From positions 8,805 through 72,804 of IMG/VR virus record IMGVR_UViG_3300025828_004167: DNA of 64,000 nucleotides; one strand, written 5' to 3'. The notes below the pieces were generated by a model, which saw only the letters and a program-made list of their open reading frames with translations, made no database searches and had not been told where the DNA came from. This DNA is from a virus. Positions within the stretch are counted from its first letter, which is position 1. The number at the start of each line of letters is the position of its first letter. Position numbers and translations under genes: made by a program. Of this stretch, positions 62,373 to 64,000 are shown in pieces.

Positions 62373-63143
62373 ATGGAACTACTCTGGGATCACACACTGG
62401 GCAAACAGGAACACACCGACGTGGTGCTGTGCCGACCCATGGCCATAGTGGACTCCGATGAGGAACACGAGGCCCTGGATCGCGGATGGTTGGCGCTGGA
62501 CCACCCCGTGATGAATCGGGAGGTGTGGTACCAGTCACGTAGCACCAGGATAAACCTGGACCTGTACAGACCCCGATACAAGCAACACCAATGGGACGGC
62601 CGGGACATCGGCATCAAAATCATCGACGCGAGCGAGATGGTGAGGTTGTTGGGACTGCCCACCATATACGACAACTACATGAAGAGGAAGGGCTTCTCGC
62701 AGGACTACACGCCGTTCGCGCACTACCATGACAGGGACCAGTTCATGCTGTTCTACGTGGGCACCGCGGACAACATCATAGGATTCACCAAGCAGAAGCG
62801 CTACAAGTACGAGATGGACCACTATAGCACCATCGACACCTACGACAGCCGGGACCTGGCGGGACTGGAATCGGTCATACACGCCAACACCGTGGCCATA
62901 TCAGACATCACCTTGGACATGGAGATATCGTGGGCCAGCGACAACTACGTCAGTTACTTCTACATGGGGTCGGGCTACGAGCGGAGCAGTATATACAAGT
63001 CCAACTTCCGGGGTTTCGAATGGTGGACGGGGACGAAATGGAGCACGGACAAGAAGCAGTATCGCAGGCTGTGTGAGCGTGACTCTAGGATCGACTCTTT
63101 TTCCGATCTCGGAAACCTTTCACTGATTCCAGATAAGTCTTAG
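62373..63143 (+). CDS. ATE1/Bpt-like aminoacyl-tRNA--protein transferase homolog
   Basis: ALDRGW, RSTRI, C-terminal YFYMG.GY....YK..F...E.W resemble the ATE/Bpt family signature. Confidence 0.62.
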   Translation: MELLWDHTLGKQEHTDVVLCRPMAIVDSDEEHEALDRGWLALDHPVMNREVWYQSRSTRINLDLYRPRYKQHQWDGRDIGIKIIDASEMVRLLGLPTIYDNYMKRKGFSQDYTPFAHYHDRDQFMLFYVGTADNIIGFTKQKRYKYEMDHYSTIDTYDSRDLAGLESVIHANTVAISDITLDMEISWASDNYVSYFYMGSGYERSSIYKSNFRGFEWWTGTKWSTDKKQYRRLCERDSRIDSFSDLGNLSLIPDKS

Positions 63144-63621
63144 ACCAGTTCTGATAGTAGGGGCCGGACTCCAGCATCTTGGAATACCTATTCAGTTTAG
63201 ATAATCGCTGTGCCAGGAACAGGGTGTAATGGCCGTTGTTCAATTTCACACCCTTTACCGATTCCTCTATGTCGGGATGATCCTCTAATATCACTATGTC
63301 ACGCGGCATGAACCGTTCGTTCAACACCTCCGCCATGCTGACGGTCGCCCGGGCGGTGAACTGCCGAGGATCCGCTATCACGCACAGCACGTCCTTCTCA
63401 TCGAAGTCGGTGTTCCAGATCAGTTGGTATATGGTGCGCCAGTCCGCCGTGGCATTCAGTTCCACGAACTCCACCCGACCGTCCACTATGGCCTTCTGGG
63501 CGTAGGGGCACGGGGGTAGGTCACCGAATATGGGATTGGGTTTCGTTACGAAATCACTGATCCACTTCTGGATCGTTTCCGTGGGTGTCTGTTTGTTGTT
63601 CTTGTTGTGTTGAGTCATCAT
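63085..63621 (-). CDS. DUF1415-like protein
   Basis: WI..FV........PCPYA, DHP motifs. Confidence 0.55.
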   Translation of the reverse strand: MMTQHNKNNKQTPTETIQKWISDFVTKPNPIFGDLPPCPYAQKAIVDGRVEFVELNATADWRTIYQLIWNTDFDEKDVLCVIADPRQFTARATVSMAEVLNERFMPRDIVILEDHPDIEESVKGVKLNNGHYTLFLAQRLSKLNRYSKMLESGPYYQNWSKTYLESVKGFRDRKKSRS

Positions 63622-63883
63622 GTATGCTTTTGATCCTGTCCAGTGCCTCCTGTAGCAGTCGATCCTTTGTGTCAAGTTTGGCCTCCAGGTTCGCTATGGT
63701 CCGGTTGAGCTCGCCTATCTTGTGTCCGCAACTTTGAACATCGTCGTTGCTGTGTTCCAGTTTGATCATCAGTTGCTTGATCCGGCTCTCTTTGGTCTTG
63801 GCGTTGGCCAGTGCGTCATCCCTATCCTTGGTGATGTCAGCGATTGTGGCCTTGAGTTCTTTGACTAGATCGTTAGTCGACAT
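63554..63883 (-). CDS. Coiled-coil hypothetical protein
   Basis: 109 aa heptad pattern; AGGA RBS. Confidence 0.65.
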   Translation of the reverse strand: MSTNDLVKELKATIADITKDRDDALANAKTKESRIKQLMIKLEHSNDDVQSCGHKIGELNRTIANLEAKLDTKDRLLQEALDRIKSIHDDSTQQEQQTDTHGNDPEVDQ

Positions 63884-63934
63884 AATGTCCTGTAATTATC
63901 TGCTTTTTTCTGCACCATAATAGTATACTATATT

Positions 63935-64000
63935 TTAGAAGAAAGGTTGACCGGTCTTTTTGGTGGTGTCCAGGTTCTCTTTTACCAATTGACCCGCTAT
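63935..64000 (-). CDS. 3' end of a gene entering from beyond the window
   Basis: IAGQLVKENLDTTKKTGQPFF-stop. Confidence 0.55.
   Translation of the reverse strand: MAGQLVKENLDTTKKTGQPFF

Noticed and set aside
1-64000. Stop-codon reassignment
   Set aside because: Genes are full-length and tightly packed in the standard code; TAA, TAG and TGA all terminate genes

Overview
A 64-kb piece of a large T4-like (probably jumbo) myovirus genome in the standard genetic code. The host cannot be identified from this window. The right half carries a baseplate/tail module on the minus strand: hub proteins, gp53-, gp5-, gp25- and gp6-like genes and a 4212-aa giant baseplate protein. Divergent from it are gp55-like late sigma factor, gp47 and gp46 genes, then an Hc1-like protein, a GIY-YIG nuclease, a ~420-nt highly structured non-coding region and an ATE1/Bpt-like aminoacyl-transferase. 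The left half (1-31.7 kb) is a dense tailoring-enzyme island: 8 radical SAM enzymes (one B12-type) plus a stand-alone SPASM-like gene, about 9 Fe/2OG or cupin oxygenases, 5 glycosyltransferase-like genes, 3 methyltransferases, a carbamoyltransferase, 2 SGNH-like proteins, 2 GNAT-like proteins, a PP-loop protein, a nitroreductase and a desaturase. The island is arranged as two parallel 'tail-fibre pair + promoter + glycosyltransferase cassette' modules. The best candidates for a new system are (i) a virion-decoration pathway whose putative target is a D-G-S-T motif occurring ~19 times in the giant baseplate protein, and (ii) the unassigned structured RNA upstream of the aminoacyl-transferase. 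All family calls come from motif recognition by eye; no database searches were run.
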